The notes beneath the pieces are model-generated. The model made no database searches. It saw only the letters and a list, made by a program, of their open reading frames with translations, and was not told the origin of the DNA. 64,000 nt of DNA, taken from Pelagomonas calceolata. Lineage: Eukaryota. Within the stretch, counting starts at the first letter, position 1. Each line of letters opens with the position of its first letter. The stretch covers positions 2,356,001 to 2,420,000 of the forward strand of contig CAKKNE010000006.1 of the NCBI GenBank assembly GCA_918797485.1, read 5' to 3'. This document shows, piece after piece, positions 47,051-59,580 of the stretch. Both the position numbers and the translations under genes were made by a program.

Positions 47051-50000
47051 TTACTGCGGCAGCGGCGGCGGGTGCAACAGCCCCGCCTCGCCCATGAGCT
47101 CCTCGAGCATCTGGGCCCGCTCCCCGAGCCCCGCGACGATCTCCGCCAATCTAGGATCTGAAGATTGCTCCTCAGCTTTCACAGCCAAGTCCTCCCGCCG
47201 CTGTAAATCTTCCGCATGGACCGCCTTCAACTTCGCCATCGTCTCCGTCAAAAGTTTACCTTCACTGGCCATTCTTTTTTTGTCGGTCTTGTACATCTTC
47301 TCGTCCTTCAGGACCTTCCTCTTTAATTGTGCGACGTTCCTCTCCAGGTGTTCCCTCTGTCTCGCATACTCGGCCTGCAGATCGAAGCCCGCAGTAGACT
47401 CTTCTGAGTCTTTCCTCTTATCCTCGTCCAGCACATATCTTTGATATAACTCTTTCACGCCCGCTTTCAAGTCGTTCTGGTCGTCCACACCCGCAGCACA
47501 CATGGCGAGGTCCCTCCTAAATTTTCTGGTGTAAGCCTCACCAGCCTTAATCAGAGCTTTTTGCTGAGATAACTCCTTGGACATGCCATCCAACTTCAAT
47601 CTGAGTTCACCAATCATCAGATCTAACGCAGCGTTCGACTTATGATACTGCTCGAGCTCCAGATCCATCTCTTCCACTTGTCTCCGCAAATCCGCAATCT
47701 CGCTTTCTCGCGGCTCGATCTGGCGCTTCAGCTCCTTGATCTTGTAGTCCAGGACAAACTTGAACTTCTCGAGCTCCTGGTTCTTCTTCTTCAGGTCAAA
47801 GATGCGCTTCTCCTTGTCGGCGATGGTCTCGTCGCGCTCCCTGCGTGGAGATATGTTATATGTCGCGTCGACGGCGTGGGGCGGCGTAGGAGACTCCAGT
47901 CGCCGCGCCGAGGCGCGTCGATGGCGTACTGGTGTTGTACTGATGTTGTACTGATGCGGTGGAGTGTACGCCATCGACGCGCATCAGTACCGCACCAGTA
48001 CGCCATCGCCGCACGTCAGCACGACGCGACCGTGTCTCACACTCTCCGACAGCGGCGCGAACACGTTGAAATATATATGTATATGATATGTATATATATA
48101 TGAATATATATATAAGGACGCCGCCACGCGCCGGATCTCTTTTTTATGGCCCTGTACATCTTTCTCCAGATTCTTGATCGACTCCCGCAAGTCAAACTCG
48201 CGGTCCCGCAGCGACGCCATCTCCTCCTTCTGGTCCTCCACATCCTTGGTAAGCTGCGCAAATTTTTTCTTCGAGAGACCGTTCTCGTCCCTGAGTTTCT
48301 GCGTGAGTCGTTTCTCCGTGATGAGTTTCGACTCGTAGGAAGCCTTTTCGTCGTCGACTTCGTTGTCCGCGTCCTCTTCAACTAAAACTTTCTCCTCCCG
48401 GAACTGCTGCCTTAATTCAGCCGTCTCTACTCGCACCGCCTCCTGGAGCCGTTTTTCTTCCTCAACCTTGACATCGAAGGCCTCCTGGAGCTCCTTCTTC
48501 TCCGCCGTATGAGAATCAGTAAGCTCCAAGTTCGCCTGGTCCCAAGATCTGTTCTCGGCATCGCGAGCCGCGACCAGGCCCTGGTACCTTGCGACTTCGG
48601 AATTGATCTTGCTATCGTACTGTAATTCTAAATCGCGAAATTCGGCGCGATGCTGGTCCTCCAACTCTTTAATTTGTTGTTCATACGCGTCCTCCATCTT
48701 CTTCTTTTTGTCATTAAGTGCGTCGTACTTTTGCCCGTCGAGCTCGAGCTCCGCGCTGTACTTCTCCTGGTGTTTCAGTAACTCCTCCTTGAACTGCATG
48801 TCCTTGAGTCGCAGTTGGTACTCGTTATTTAAGACGAGTTCGTCGACCTTGTTCGCTAGGTCTGCTTTCTCTTTGACACCGGACGTGAGCTCGTCTCTTC
48901 GTACAAGTATCTCCTCCGTGTAGTCGTCGTCGCGCGTCTTTGATCTTACGTATGTTCTGCCTTTCTGGTCCACATCTGAACAATCGTAGACGTAGATCGA
49001 ACCATCAGAACCGCCGCTGAAGAGCTGCGAGCGGTCGTAGGATAACTTGATACAGGTTATGTTTGTAGAATGTCCGGGGAATTTCAGAGGTTCCCTCGTA
49101 GCCCAGTCGTCTCCGGTCAACTTGTGGGCATACACAAAGCCCGGTTTTTCTTCCGATAGCGATCCAGTAAATAGGACGCGCTCGTCCAATACAAGTGAAC
49201 CAACTGATTCAGACGTCTTTATAGACAATAAAGGCGCAAACTCGGTGACCGCAGTCTGGCCGACGGCCTTCTGGCCGAACTCCCTGATAGTGTTATCCTC
49301 ACAAGCACAGAAGACCCGCTTCAGGTCGACGGAGGCGGCGCCATCATAGAACGGTGCCTTGGGCGCGCCCTCCGCCTCTTCTGCTCTAGACTCGGTAGCG
49401 AGGTCCCAGGTATGGCACGACCCGTCCCGTCCGACGGTCGCGAGTCTTCTGTCACCTTTCTGCCAACAAACAGTAGCGACGCGGGACGCCGCTCTTAACA
49501 TATAGCGCTTCTCGCAGGAGAACGTGTCGTAGACTGTCACTACCGAGTTGTTCACCAAACAGAAGTAATGACCACCTCTAGCGAAGGACACATGAGACGT
49601 ACCCAATGCTTCCACTTCAGCAACGTCCGAAGCTTCATTTTCAAGTAGAGCTAACAGTTTGGCCTGACTGGGGAAGACGACCAAGACATACAGCCCCGAC
49701 GGGTGCAATGCTACTGATGTGGGAGGTTCGCGAAATTTCCGAGAGACCTCGCAGACCTTCCGTCGGTAGTCCCACACCTTGAGGAGATGGTCGGAACCCA
49801 CCGTAGCGATCAACGGTTTGCGAGCGCACGTATCCAACGCCAGGACACCGGCGGCATGGTACGACGTCGCTAGACTTTCAAAACACTTCGAATCGTCGGC
49901 ATTGGCCACGTCGCAATTCGCGAGGTTAAACGTGGTCAGTGCTAAGTCCGACGACGCAATTAACAACGTTTCTTCGGAAGGCGACACGGTCAGGTCCATC

Positions 50001-50878
50001 AATGTTGCGTCATTCACATGAAATACTCGTTGGCACTCGTAGTGGGCCCGCGGGTCGTCCGACTTCTCAAACACTCTGAGAGAACCCTCAATACCTCCGG
50101 CGACGAAGCCCTTGCTGAAGGCTACCAATGATGAGGTCGCTTCCGTCTTGGAGCCGGGCGGTCCTGTTAGTAGTGCTCTGAACTCGAAGTTCTCGAAGTA
50201 CAGTAAGTCGCCGTTCTCTCCCGCTAGTACGAGAGCGTCTCTGTTGCCCACAAACGAATGACAGAGATAGTCCTGCGGGTCCCGCTTCAAGTTAAATGGT
50301 ATCGCTCGGAACTGGTGCTCTTGCACTCTCAGGAATCGTAAAATACCGTTGTCTCCGGATGCCGCAATGATCCCATGGTCCCGCGGCGAGAAGGAGGCCA
50401 TCCGCACTCGACTACGACTACCGTCACTTGTGCGCGTCGACCCGACGGGTTTGACCGTTTTTTTGTCAAAGGCCCACAATACTAATGTCCATTCCGGACC
50501 ACTCCCTTGCGTCAGTAGGTACTTGCCGTCATGACTGAAGGCCATGTGGACGATTGTGTCTGTCTGTATGTCTTGGTATTGCACGACGCGCTTCTTCTTT
50601 CGGTGGACGACGTCGTAGACGCCGATTTGCGCCGTCTCCAAACCTCGCTCGGCCACACAAAGCCACTTGCGCGACGGCGCCAATGCGAGCGCCGTGATGC
50701 CCTTCGTCTGTGGTAGTCCTGGGATGAGTTCTTGATCTTTAGCTTCCGAGTTGTAGAGGACGACGCTATGGCCGCACGGGTAGATCGTCGTCGCCTCGTC
50801 GCCGTAGTGTATCGGGGATGATACATCACCCTTGAGGCCGAAGGCGTGGCGCGCGCAGAGGACGGGGGGGTCGGCCAT
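47051..50878 (-). CDS. CFAP57: Cilia- and flagella-associated protein 57 (WD40 + coiled coil); GC-AG intron 47841-48131
   Basis: WD40s, NNEYQLRLKD, RERDETIADKEKRIFDLKKKNQELEKFKFVLDYKIKELK. Confidence 0.92.
48069..48114. repeat. Imperfect (TA)n microsatellite inside the CFAP57 intron
   Basis: ATATATATGTATATGATATGTATATATATATGAATATATATATAA. Confidence 0.9.
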
Positions 50879-51483
50879 TGTAGGCGACCTCGTACTGGAA
50901 CCCGTGGCCCCAGCGGTGGCTCCCGTCGCCCCGTCTATTGACGGTGGATGGGGCTGTCTCTGGGCAGCTCCCGTGACCGCCTCCGGGCGCGCTGCTCGAG
51001 ACAGCTATCCAAGGGGTGCGTCGACGGCGGTGCTCGGGCAGCGTCGACGGCGTTTCTGGGCAGCCCTCGGGCCTTTTACGCCAGCGCCGGGCAGCGCTTT
51101 GCCGCCCCACTAGCTTGTACTAGCCTGAAACCGCCGCCCCGCACGCTGGAAGCCTCCGAGGGCGGTCGACGAGGCCTCGTTCGTCGAACCGCACTGGTGC
51201 CTCCTGTTGGAGCTGGGGGTCTTGTTGCCTTAGACTCCCGGATCCCGCGGCCGCTGCGCGGCCCGCGCCGGAGGTCGCCTCTCGACGCATTCCTCGGGTG
51301 GTCGTGAAGCGAGGGGCCTCGGTCCTGCGTCCGCGTAAGTGCCGCGCGACTATGGGGCACTAAGGTAGATCTAAGGTACGCAGACCCGCGGGTCGGTCGT
51401 GGCCTAGCTCTAAGCAAAGCAAAGGTACATATAAGGTAGACTCAAATTACGCCGCTACCACCAACAAACGCCGCCGCCGCTAT

Positions 51484-52586
51484 CTAGTAGTTCCCGAAGA
51501 CGAACGGCACGGAGCCGTCGATCATGTAGTGCGCCGAGAAGCCCATGGCGCCGATCATCGCGAGGCGCCCATTCGCGAGCTCCATGTTGCGCTTCTTCGC
51601 CCGGACCTCGTCGCTCAACGTGTCCGTGATGGGCTCGCCTCTGATTAATTGCCCAACCGGGTCCCAGATGAGCGTGTTGCGCCCGATCGCGCCGCCCCGC
51701 AGGTAGTGGGGCTTCTGGAACTCGCCGTAGGTCTCGATCATGCCGGCGACGAAGGCGAACTGCCACAACCCGAGCGTGGGAATCAACTTGAACTGCTCCA
51801 CCGGGTTGCCCGCGGCGGCGAGGTCGCCGAACGTCACGTCGACCGTCGACAGCTTCGGGTACAATGAAGCTTTGGCCAGCGGGACCGAGGCCATGTTCGT
51901 CAGCGGGTAGGACTGCGCAATGAAGCCCATGCACGCGACCATGGCCACGCGGCCGTGCTTGAGCTCGGCGGCGCGGTACCACGTCAGGGCCTCGGGGCTC
52001 GTCTTCGCGAACCCGAACGGGTCCCAGAATCCGAAGGGCGCCTGGGCGCCCTCCATCTGCGACGCCTCGAAGGCCGCGAGCTGCGTGGCCGGCCGGGCCG
52101 GCGCGACGGGCGCGACGAGCGCGCGCGCGCCCGCGGCGAGCAGCGCGAGCCTGCGTTTTTGGCGCGTTAGGTGGGCGTCAGGGGGGCGTCGCTCTCGGTC
52201 CGGCTTGTGTGTTCCTTTTGCGATCGCGAGGCCTCGGTTCGGCACGCGGCGGCCGGCGCCGGCGACGAGACCGACGCGGCGCGCAGCTCCTCGGCCCAGG
52301 GGCGCAGCGCGGCCGCCGCCGGCGTCGACGGCGCCGCGCCAAGCGACCTTTTGCCACCGCGGTGCAGTGGGTGAATGCTGGATGCCTCAGGTGGCCTTTT
52401 GGCGGTCGTCCGAAGCCGTTCGACCGGCGCGCGGCGCCGCTTTCGAGCCAGAGGCCCGGCAGCTGGCCATTGCTCTATCTCCGCGTGAGCGCAAAACGAC
52501 GGCCAAAGCGCTTGGAGCCGCTCACTATGCGTCAAAAACTGTCCTCTGCTTCGTCCAGACACGGCGGTGCACTTTGCTACGGCCAT
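51484..52586 (-). CDS. Light-harvesting fucoxanthin-chlorophyll a/c binding protein (LHC); probable 14-nt first exon 52573-52586 and intron 52151-52572
   Basis: FWDPFG, RAAELKHGRVAM, ELANGRLAMI; CTAAC branch site before the acceptor; spliced N-terminus MAVAKLALLAAGARA. First exon is inferred. Confidence 0.88.
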
Positions 52587-52856
52587 TTTGGAGCGTCCTT
52601 ACGGCAAAGCCTGCCGAGCCAACTTTACCCCCCCCTCTAAAAATGGAAGACGAAACAGCCAGCGCATGCGTCGTCAGGCCCTGTGGGCCCTGCGGGAGTC
52701 GTCTGGGCCCAAAATACCCGCATTTGAGCCGGGGGGCTTGCGCGTCGCACAGGCGCAACTTCCTCTATCCCCCTCTAGCGAACCCCTCGACGCCCGCCGC
52801 CGCGCGCCGCCGCCGCCGCGAAGCCAAATAAAGAAACATACGTTTACGAGACAAGA

Positions 52857-53162
52857 TCACTGCTGCAAATGCAACGGCTTGGACGCCGGCGCCGCCAACC
52901 CCACCGCCGGCTCGACGGAGGCCGAGAGGCCCATCTGCGAGATCTGGTTGTCCGTGTAGCCCTGGGCCCTAAAGTCCTTGATGCGCAGCTTGTCCGTCTC
53001 TATCACACTGCCTTCCCGCTCGATCTCCATCACTAATGGTAGAAACATCACTATCGAGGTAGCGGCCACGACCCAGGCGACGCGTCCTCCCCTCTTCCAG
53101 GCGACGCCGGCCCACTTTTTGGCGGTGTCCGCGAAGGTCTCTAGCTTGCCGCGGAGGGACAT
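52857..53162 (-). CDS. Mitochondrial import receptor Tom22/Tom9-like
   Basis: AWVVAATSIVMFLPLVMEIERE resembles the TM core of short plant-type Tom9. Confidence 0.7.
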   Translation of the reverse strand: MSLRGKLETFADTAKKWAGVAWKRGGRVAWVVAATSIVMFLPLVMEIEREGSVIETDKLRIKDFRAQGYTDNQISQMGLSASVEPAVGLAAPASKPLHLQQ

Positions 53163-53569
53163 GGTGTCCTCCTGTGCTGCAGAGAGCGATTGGCTGGAAC
53201 GCGGCGCGGCGGCGTCGCTCGCGAACAATTCGCTTCCGCTGAGAGCGCTGCGGCTAGAAACGCTTCCTCGCTGAGCTGGCACCCGTGAGTGGTGTGCCGT
53301 GTTTTTTGCGCGAGGACTTGCTAGCGCATGTAAGACACTAGGAGGCATAGACGTGTGAACCCGTTTGTGATTAAAAACATGCTATGCTAGGGGTGAAACA
53401 CCGTACTTAGATCCGTCTTGATCCGAGCTTCGGAGGCGTGGTCCAAACCCGACAGATCCACGCCGTCGACGACGCGAGAGAACCGCAGTAGTACCGGGGA
53501 CAACAACTCTTAAAGGGATCGGGGAGAGGGAAAACGGCACGTCGGCGAGTGCCAGCGGTCGGACGAGGG

Positions 53570-54216
53570 CTATACCGGCACGCGCAATCCGGCGGGCGGC
53601 GAGCGCGTCGCTTGTGAAGGAGACAGCGTCTCTGAAAACGACCGCATGCGCGCCTCGGGCGACTGCGCGGGCACGGGCGGCGCGAGCGACCAGTCGAGCG
53701 CGGGCTCGGAGGCGTGCACGGACATGTAGTAGCGTGCTGCCGTGCTGTCTCGACTCGTGAGCGGCACGAGGATGAAGTCATTCTGAAATTTCGAGCCGTC
53801 CGCGTGGTAGTTGATCAGCGACGTCGCGCACTGGCCGTCGCGGCCCATGGCCTCGCCCATGGCCGCGACGGCGCGCGCGCACGTTTCCGGTCCTTGTAAA
53901 TGGCGGCAGCCCCGGCCGATGACCTCGGCCTCGCCGTAGCCGCAGCGCTCCAGCCACGCGCCGGAACACGCGACGATGGCGCAGTCGGCGTCGTGCGCGT
54001 CTCCCACCAGATACTGGCTCTCGGGCGTCGTCCGCTGCAGGTAGTCGACGAAGACGCGGTTCACTCCTTCTTGCGAGATGGTCGCGAGGATGTCGGCGAT
54101 GGGCAGGCCGACGTGGTCCTTCGTCTGCGCGAGGCTCCGGCCCGTCGTCGCCGGGCTTCCGGGCATGGGCAGGTTGGTTGGCGGCGTGGTTTCGTACGCG
54201 CCGCGCGGGTGGTAAC
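53570..54216 (-). CDS. LOV/PAS-domain protein (5' exon unresolved)
   Basis: GYGEAEVIGRGCRHLQGPET, LINYHADGSKFQN; acceptor CGCACAG at 54217. Confidence 0.7.
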
Positions 54217-54699
54217 CTGTGCGGACGGGAGATGGCGGCTGTGGTGAACAACGTCGCATCGATGGCGTAAAGCAACTTGCAGCCTTCGAACACGCCGAGT
54301 CGCACGGTTTTTCTCGCCGCAGAGGGTGTCAGCAAGGGCTGTGCAAATCCTAAATTTGCGCACGCGCTGCCGCACAGATGCCGATGCACTCGCTTGTGCA
54401 GCCTAATACAGATACAGAAAACTTGTCAGACGGCTTTTTAAGTTGCGCGACGCGCGGATGGCGGCACCGAGGGTCGTTCAAGTTGGTGACTGGACTGCTG
54501 AACGAACAAAATTTTTTGCACGGCGATTCATCCGTCAATACCACCCAGCATCTCTACGATACGATATGGACACGGCTCGTGCGCGTCCCGCGCTTTAGCA
54601 AACCCGACAGAGCAATTTTGAAGCCCAAACAACAACGACTCGGACGCGGCTGCCCCCGGGCCCGCTCCGCTTTAGGAAGGACGGGCAACGACAGCCGCC

Positions 54700-55980
54700 A
54701 TGGCAGCCGCCACGGCCCGCGACCTCCTGGCCAAGGAAGGCGCAGCTTTAAGAAGAGACGAGGCGTCCTGCCTGGACTTGTTAAGGGCCAACGAGGACAG
54801 CGACCAGAAGACGACCCAGCGCCTCCAGCGCGCGTTGCGCAACGTGCGCAAGCAGCTCGACGAGGTCGACCTCGCCCACGCTATTGCGGAGGGCCAGGCT
54901 TCGGCCGAGGCGCGCGAGGACGCCCATACCAGAGTGGACGAGCTGGAATCCGACTTGGCTGCGGTCCGAGCCGAACTGTTGGCGGAGAAGAAACGAAGAC
55001 AAGACGCCGAAACTCTCATCAAGAAAGAACTCGAGCCGCGGTTGAAGGCGTTCAGAGAGGTAAGTGGAGAACAGTGCGTCACGCTGTCGGGCGGCCAGGC
55101 CCCGCAGACGACGTCGACGTGGGCCGTCCCGATTAAAGTAAGGACGATCTACGTGCCGACGCGGCCGGCTCCTAATGATGCTGACGACGTCGACCACTTG
55201 CGCGTGGAACGGGACCAGTTGCGAGATTCTGTTGATAGATTAACGGCGAGCGGCGCGGCGGCGCGGGCGGCTTCCAGGGCCAAGAGCGCTCGACTAGAAG
55301 CGCAGCTGCAGGCCCTGCGTTCGTCAGACTTGAACGCGGTGCGCCAAACTCAAGTCCTTGAAGCCAAGAGGGCCGCGGCCGAGGCGGAAGCTTTACGGTT
55401 AGATGCGGCGCGATCGGGCGCCCAGGAGGAATTGGTGAAATTGAAATGCGTCAACGAGAAGCTCACGCAGGAGGCGGAGCGGGTCGATCGCGTGCGTCTT
55501 GACGAGGAACGGAGAAGCGCCGCGCGGCGCGCTTCCGAGTCGAAGCGCCAGCAGGACGCGAAGAAGGCGTTGACTGAGCGCTCGAAACTTATGAAGGAGT
55601 TGGAAACGGCTCGGAGGGACGCTGCTTCTGCGCGGGCGCTTGTGGCCCGCGAGCGAAAAAGGCGGACGGCTTCCGTGAATGGCTTCGGGCGGGACCTCCA
55701 GGAGCTGAGAAAGGCGCTAGCGCGCGTCGCGGCGTCCGTGGACGCGTCCTCGATGCACCAGGGCCGCGCCTCCGCGCGCGCGGCGCGCTGCTGCGTTCCG
55801 GGGGACGACGCCTTGGACCTGTTGTCGCCTTCGTCAGAAATCGACCTGGGGACCGTGCTCGAGCGACTCGCGGCCATGGAGAAGCAGCTCGCGCCGTCGC
55901 TCAAGGCGCGCGCTTTAGATGTGGCGGCGCTGTCTCCCCGGAAGGTCACGCCGACGAAGAAGGGGCTCGTCTCGCCCTAG
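54700..55980 (+). CDS. Coiled-coil protein (weakly CCDC77-like)
   Basis: 426-aa heptad-rich ORF. Confidence 0.6.
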   Translation: MAAATARDLLAKEGAALRRDEASCLDLLRANEDSDQKTTQRLQRALRNVRKQLDEVDLAHAIAEGQASAEAREDAHTRVDELESDLAAVRAELLAEKKRRQDAETLIKKELEPRLKAFREVSGEQCVTLSGGQAPQTTSTWAVPIKVRTIYVPTRPAPNDADDVDHLRVERDQLRDSVDRLTASGAAARAASRAKSARLEAQLQALRSSDLNAVRQTQVLEAKRAAAEAEALRLDAARSGAQEELVKLKCVNEKLTQEAERVDRVRLDEERRSAARRASESKRQQDAKKALTERSKLMKELETARRDAASARALVARERKRRTASVNGFGRDLQELRKALARVAASVDASSMHQGRASARAARCCVPGDDALDLLSPSSEIDLGTVLERLAAMEKQLAPSLKARALDVAALSPRKVTPTKKGLVSP

Positions 55981-56347
55981 CTAGGGGCTCGTAATGGACA
56001 GAAGACTCGTCATAGAGCCCCTCGGAGGCACGTCGCGTCGATGGCGTCGCGCGCGTATTTTCATCGCGCCTAGTAACTTACAACACTAGGTGCGAAATAT
56101 AAAAACGTCATCCGCTCGGCGTGATTCGCTGGCACTGGACAGCTTACGGTCGTTGGATTACATTTGTAAGCCTAATTCTTGCCTGGCATTCGCTCCGTAG
56201 CTTATTCAGGCGCGGGACAAGCGCTAGACATCACTGCACCCTCTGGTGCCTCATCACGCTGCCAGCTCCCGACGCCGCCAGCGCGAGCGACGTCAATCTC
56301 CAACGCCGCCCGCGCGACGAGCGCGACCCTTTCAAAGAAACAAGGGC

Positions 56348-57361
56348 ATGCCGCGCCGCATCATCACTGTTCTCGGCACCGCCGCGGCCCTCACGGCGAC
56401 GATGCGACCACCTGTAACACTAAACGCGGCGTCGCAACGCAACGCGGAGTTAGCGAGACAAGCCGCGACCAAGCAAGCGAACGACAAAGGTTTATTATGG
56501 CTCGAGCACATTAATATCGTCGTGGGCGACCGACAGGAGGCGGAACGGTTTTACTTTGAAGAGGGCCTAGGCTGTTATCGCGACCCGGCCAAACCGGGCG
56601 GCCCCGGGACGAGTGGCACGATGTGGGCCAACCTTGGGAATCAACAGTTCCACCTCGCGCAGGAGGAGGACGACGACCCGAGGCAAGTCGTCCGAGGTAG
56701 TATCGGATTGTGCCTGCCCGATGCCGACAAAGCGGCTACAAGGCTAGAGAAGTTCTGCGACGTCCAACGACATGATGACACGAGGTTCACGGTGACCTGC
56801 CCCGTTGGGAATACATTTCACTGCTATCAAGTGGCGAAGGACCCCCCTACCGAGGGGATAGGTAAAAGGCCGAAGATGGTGAACCTTCATAAAGGAGACG
56901 GCTACAATGGCGACGCCTTTTCTGTAAGAAACGGCCCGGGCATTCGATACGTGCAGTTCCTGGTGGAGGACGCCCAGAGGGCCGCGCAGTCGTACGTCGA
57001 CGAGTTCGGCGGTTCCGTGACGGAAGATGACGGTCTCACGTGCGTCTCGGCCGGTCTCGGGCCGGTCCACCTCATCTTTGAAAGTGCGGAGCCCGATGCT
57101 ATTGCAGATGAGAAGCAGGACGGCGTCCATTTATGTGTATATGTGGACGCCTTCGCCGAAAGGTATGACCGGCTTCGGAAGGCCGCCCGCATGTTCACGA
57201 ACCCGCGGTTCAAGCACCTGGACACGTGCGACTCGCTCGAGGAGGCGCTCGCGTCGCGCACCTTCCGCTTCGCGTTTCCGGCGGTGCCTTTTGTGGAGCA
57301 CGAGACGCGCGCGCTGACTCATCAGCAGTTCCTCAAGCGGATTAAGTACGAACCACTGTAG
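56348..57361 (+). CDS. VOC/glyoxalase-like protein with N-terminal targeting peptide
   Basis: WLEHINIVV..AERFY, MWANLGNQQFHL, GVHLCVYV. Confidence 0.75.
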   Translation: MPRRIITVLGTAAALTATMRPPVTLNAASQRNAELARQAATKQANDKGLLWLEHINIVVGDRQEAERFYFEEGLGCYRDPAKPGGPGTSGTMWANLGNQQFHLAQEEDDDPRQVVRGSIGLCLPDADKAATRLEKFCDVQRHDDTRFTVTCPVGNTFHCYQVAKDPPTEGIGKRPKMVNLHKGDGYNGDAFSVRNGPGIRYVQFLVEDAQRAAQSYVDEFGGSVTEDDGLTCVSAGLGPVHLIFESAEPDAIADEKQDGVHLCVYVDAFAERYDRLRKAARMFTNPRFKHLDTCDSLEEALASRTFRFAFPAVPFVEHETRALTHQQFLKRIKYEPL

Positions 57362-57651
57362 TTTTGTTGTCCCCGCGTCGATGGCGTCATTCGCGTGAGT
57401 TTCGTCGCTTGCCCTAGCGGCATGTGAGGCACTAGCAAGCCCCTGGGCAGGCTGGACACTGGCTCTCTGAGTCTGAGCGCTGCGCAGGCACGACGGCACT
57501 GCGGGCTCTGGCAAACCGGCCAGCGACCACGCCGCAGCGGCTGCATCAATTCCCAAAGCGAGAAGAGCATCCGTAAGGGCACAGGAGCCATTGGCAGGGT
57601 CAGCCACTAAGGCGGCATCGGGCATCACTGCACGGCTCCGCAGCACAAGCA

Positions 57652-59580
57652 ATGCACCGCTCCACGAATCACAACGGCGGCTACGGGTCGCTCACGGCGT
57701 CGCCGAGCGTCTTCGAGGAGAACGAGAGCTGTGGAGACGCGTGCGCGCGGCAACTGCCTTCATTAGAATGGATCAAGGCCTACGACCTGTCGTGGCTCTG
57801 GAACGACGTCGCCGGCGGGGTCACGCTCGGGCTCGTGCTCCTCGCGCAGTCGTTGGCCCACGCGCACCTCTGCGGCGTCGCGCCGATCCGGGGCCCCTAC
57901 GCTTGTTTGTTGGCGCCCCTGGCCTACGTGCTGCTCGGGACGTGCCACGAGGCGTCCATCGGGACGGGCGGCCTCGTGTCGCTCGTGGTCTCGGAGCAGC
58001 TCGCGCGCGAGTACGCGACGCCGGAGGAGCGGTCGGCCCGCGCGGCGACGTGCGCTTTGTTGGTTGGGCTGGTCCTGTGCGTCATGGGGCTGCTCCGGCT
58101 GGCGTTTTTGGTAAGATTCCTGTCGCGGCCGGCGCTCTCGGGCTTCATCAGCGGCTCGGCGCTGCTGATCATCAAGAGCATGTCGGGACCGATGGTCGGC
58201 GGCCACCTGCCTCGCCCCAACGACAAGCACGGCATGCACGCGCACCGGTCGACGGCGCTCGTGTCGTTTGCCTGCCTCGCATGGCTTTTCGCCGCGAAGC
58301 CGCTCGCTAACCTGGCGCGAGGTACAGTGCTCGAGCGCGTCGCGGAAGGGGCAGCGCGGTTCAAGGCGCTCGTGGCGCTGTTCGCGAGCGCCGTTCTCGC
58401 GACAACCATAGCACCGGGCGTGTCGGTAGTAGGAGAAGTCCCGCAGGGCCTCCCGCCGATCAAGCTCGACGTCCTGTCGACCGAGGAGCGCGTCGAGAAC
58501 ATGCTGCCGGGCGCCGCGTTGGTGGCCATCGTCGTCTTCGTGTCGTCTTTCGCATCAGCGAAGAAGTGCGCGCTGCACGGCGGCTACCACATCGATTCGG
58601 CGAAGGAGATGTGGGCGCTCGGCGCGGCGAACGTCGCCGCGGCGGCGTGTGGCGGCGTCCCGGTACAGGTCGGGCTGTCTCGCTCGGCGCTGGCGATTTC
58701 ATTAGGAGTGCGCTCGCAAGTCGCGAGTTTGTTTGCCGCTGCGTTGATCGCCGTCGTCCTCTGGGGCGCCGCGTCTTTAGTCGAAACAGTGCCGTTGTGC
58801 GCCCTGTCGGCGGTCATCGCGCACGCCGCCGTCAGGCTGTTGGAGTGGGAGACGTTGGGGCGCCTCTGGAGCCGCAGGCATCTGGGGTCCGGGCGGGACT
58901 TTTGCGTGTGGGTAGTTGCCTTCGTGGGAACGCTGGTGCTGGGCGCCTTGTGGGGCTGCGCGGTGGCAGTTGCCACGTCACTGTTACTCGTTTTACGGAC
59001 CGTGGCGGCGCCGAATTTGACGGTGCTGCGCGTCGAGCGGGCGGGCGGCCGCGCGGGCGAGTGGCGGTCGTCGCCGGCCCTCGTTTCGTTGGATGAGGAG
59101 GCGCGGTCGTCGCTGGTCGTGCGCGTCGAGGGGCCGCTGTGGTACGCGAATGCGGAGCGCTTCCACGAGCAGGTCGAGGAGCTCGAGTTGTTCTACTCGC
59201 GGCGCGGCGAAGCCCCTTTGGCAGTGGTTCTGTGCGCGTCGTCCATCTCCTTCATCGATGCGACCGCGCTCTCGGTGCTAGAGGAAATGACGCAGTCATG
59301 GAAGCGCCGGGCCGTCCACTTCTACGTCGCGTCGGCATATGGGCAACCCAAGGCCCTCCTCGAGGCGGCCCTCAGTGACGTCGGCGACTGCTCGCGCACG
59401 ATCGACGCGTGCCTCGCCGCCGAAAACGCGTCGCGCACGGTGACGACGCGCCGCCGCCGCGCCACGAGCCACGACCTGCCCCGGGCCTTGGGCGACGACG
59501 ACGCGTTCAAGGTCGGCTTCCACCGGTCGCTGCCGTCGTTCCAGACGCTGCCTACGTCCCCGGCAAGCGGCGCGGCGTGA
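57652..59580 (+). CDS. SLC26/SulP anion transporter with STAS domain
   Basis: DVAGGVTLG...QSLAHA, FLSRPALSGF, GLSRSA, GPLWYANA, FIDATA. Confidence 0.92.
   Translation: MHRSTNHNGGYGSLTASPSVFEENESCGDACARQLPSLEWIKAYDLSWLWNDVAGGVTLGLVLLAQSLAHAHLCGVAPIRGPYACLLAPLAYVLLGTCHEASIGTGGLVSLVVSEQLAREYATPEERSARAATCALLVGLVLCVMGLLRLAFLVRFLSRPALSGFISGSALLIIKSMSGPMVGGHLPRPNDKHGMHAHRSTALVSFACLAWLFAAKPLANLARGTVLERVAEGAARFKALVALFASAVLATTIAPGVSVVGEVPQGLPPIKLDVLSTEERVENMLPGAALVAIVVFVSSFASAKKCALHGGYHIDSAKEMWALGAANVAAAACGGVPVQVGLSRSALAISLGVRSQVASLFAAALIAVVLWGAASLVETVPLCALSAVIAHAAVRLLEWETLGRLWSRRHLGSGRDFCVWVVAFVGTLVLGALWGCAVAVATSLLLVLRTVAAPNLTVLRVERAGGRAGEWRSSPALVSLDEEARSSLVVRVEGPLWYANAERFHEQVEELELFYSRRGEAPLAVVLCASSISFIDATALSVLEEMTQSWKRRAVHFYVASAYGQPKALLEAALSDVGDCSRTIDACLAAENASRTVTTRRRRATSHDLPRALGDDDAFKVGFHRSLPSFQTLPTSPASGAA

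Noticed and set aside
50880..51480. Short direct repeats (GCGTCGACGGCG, TAAGGTAGA)
   Set aside because: Too short and too few to distinguish from chance
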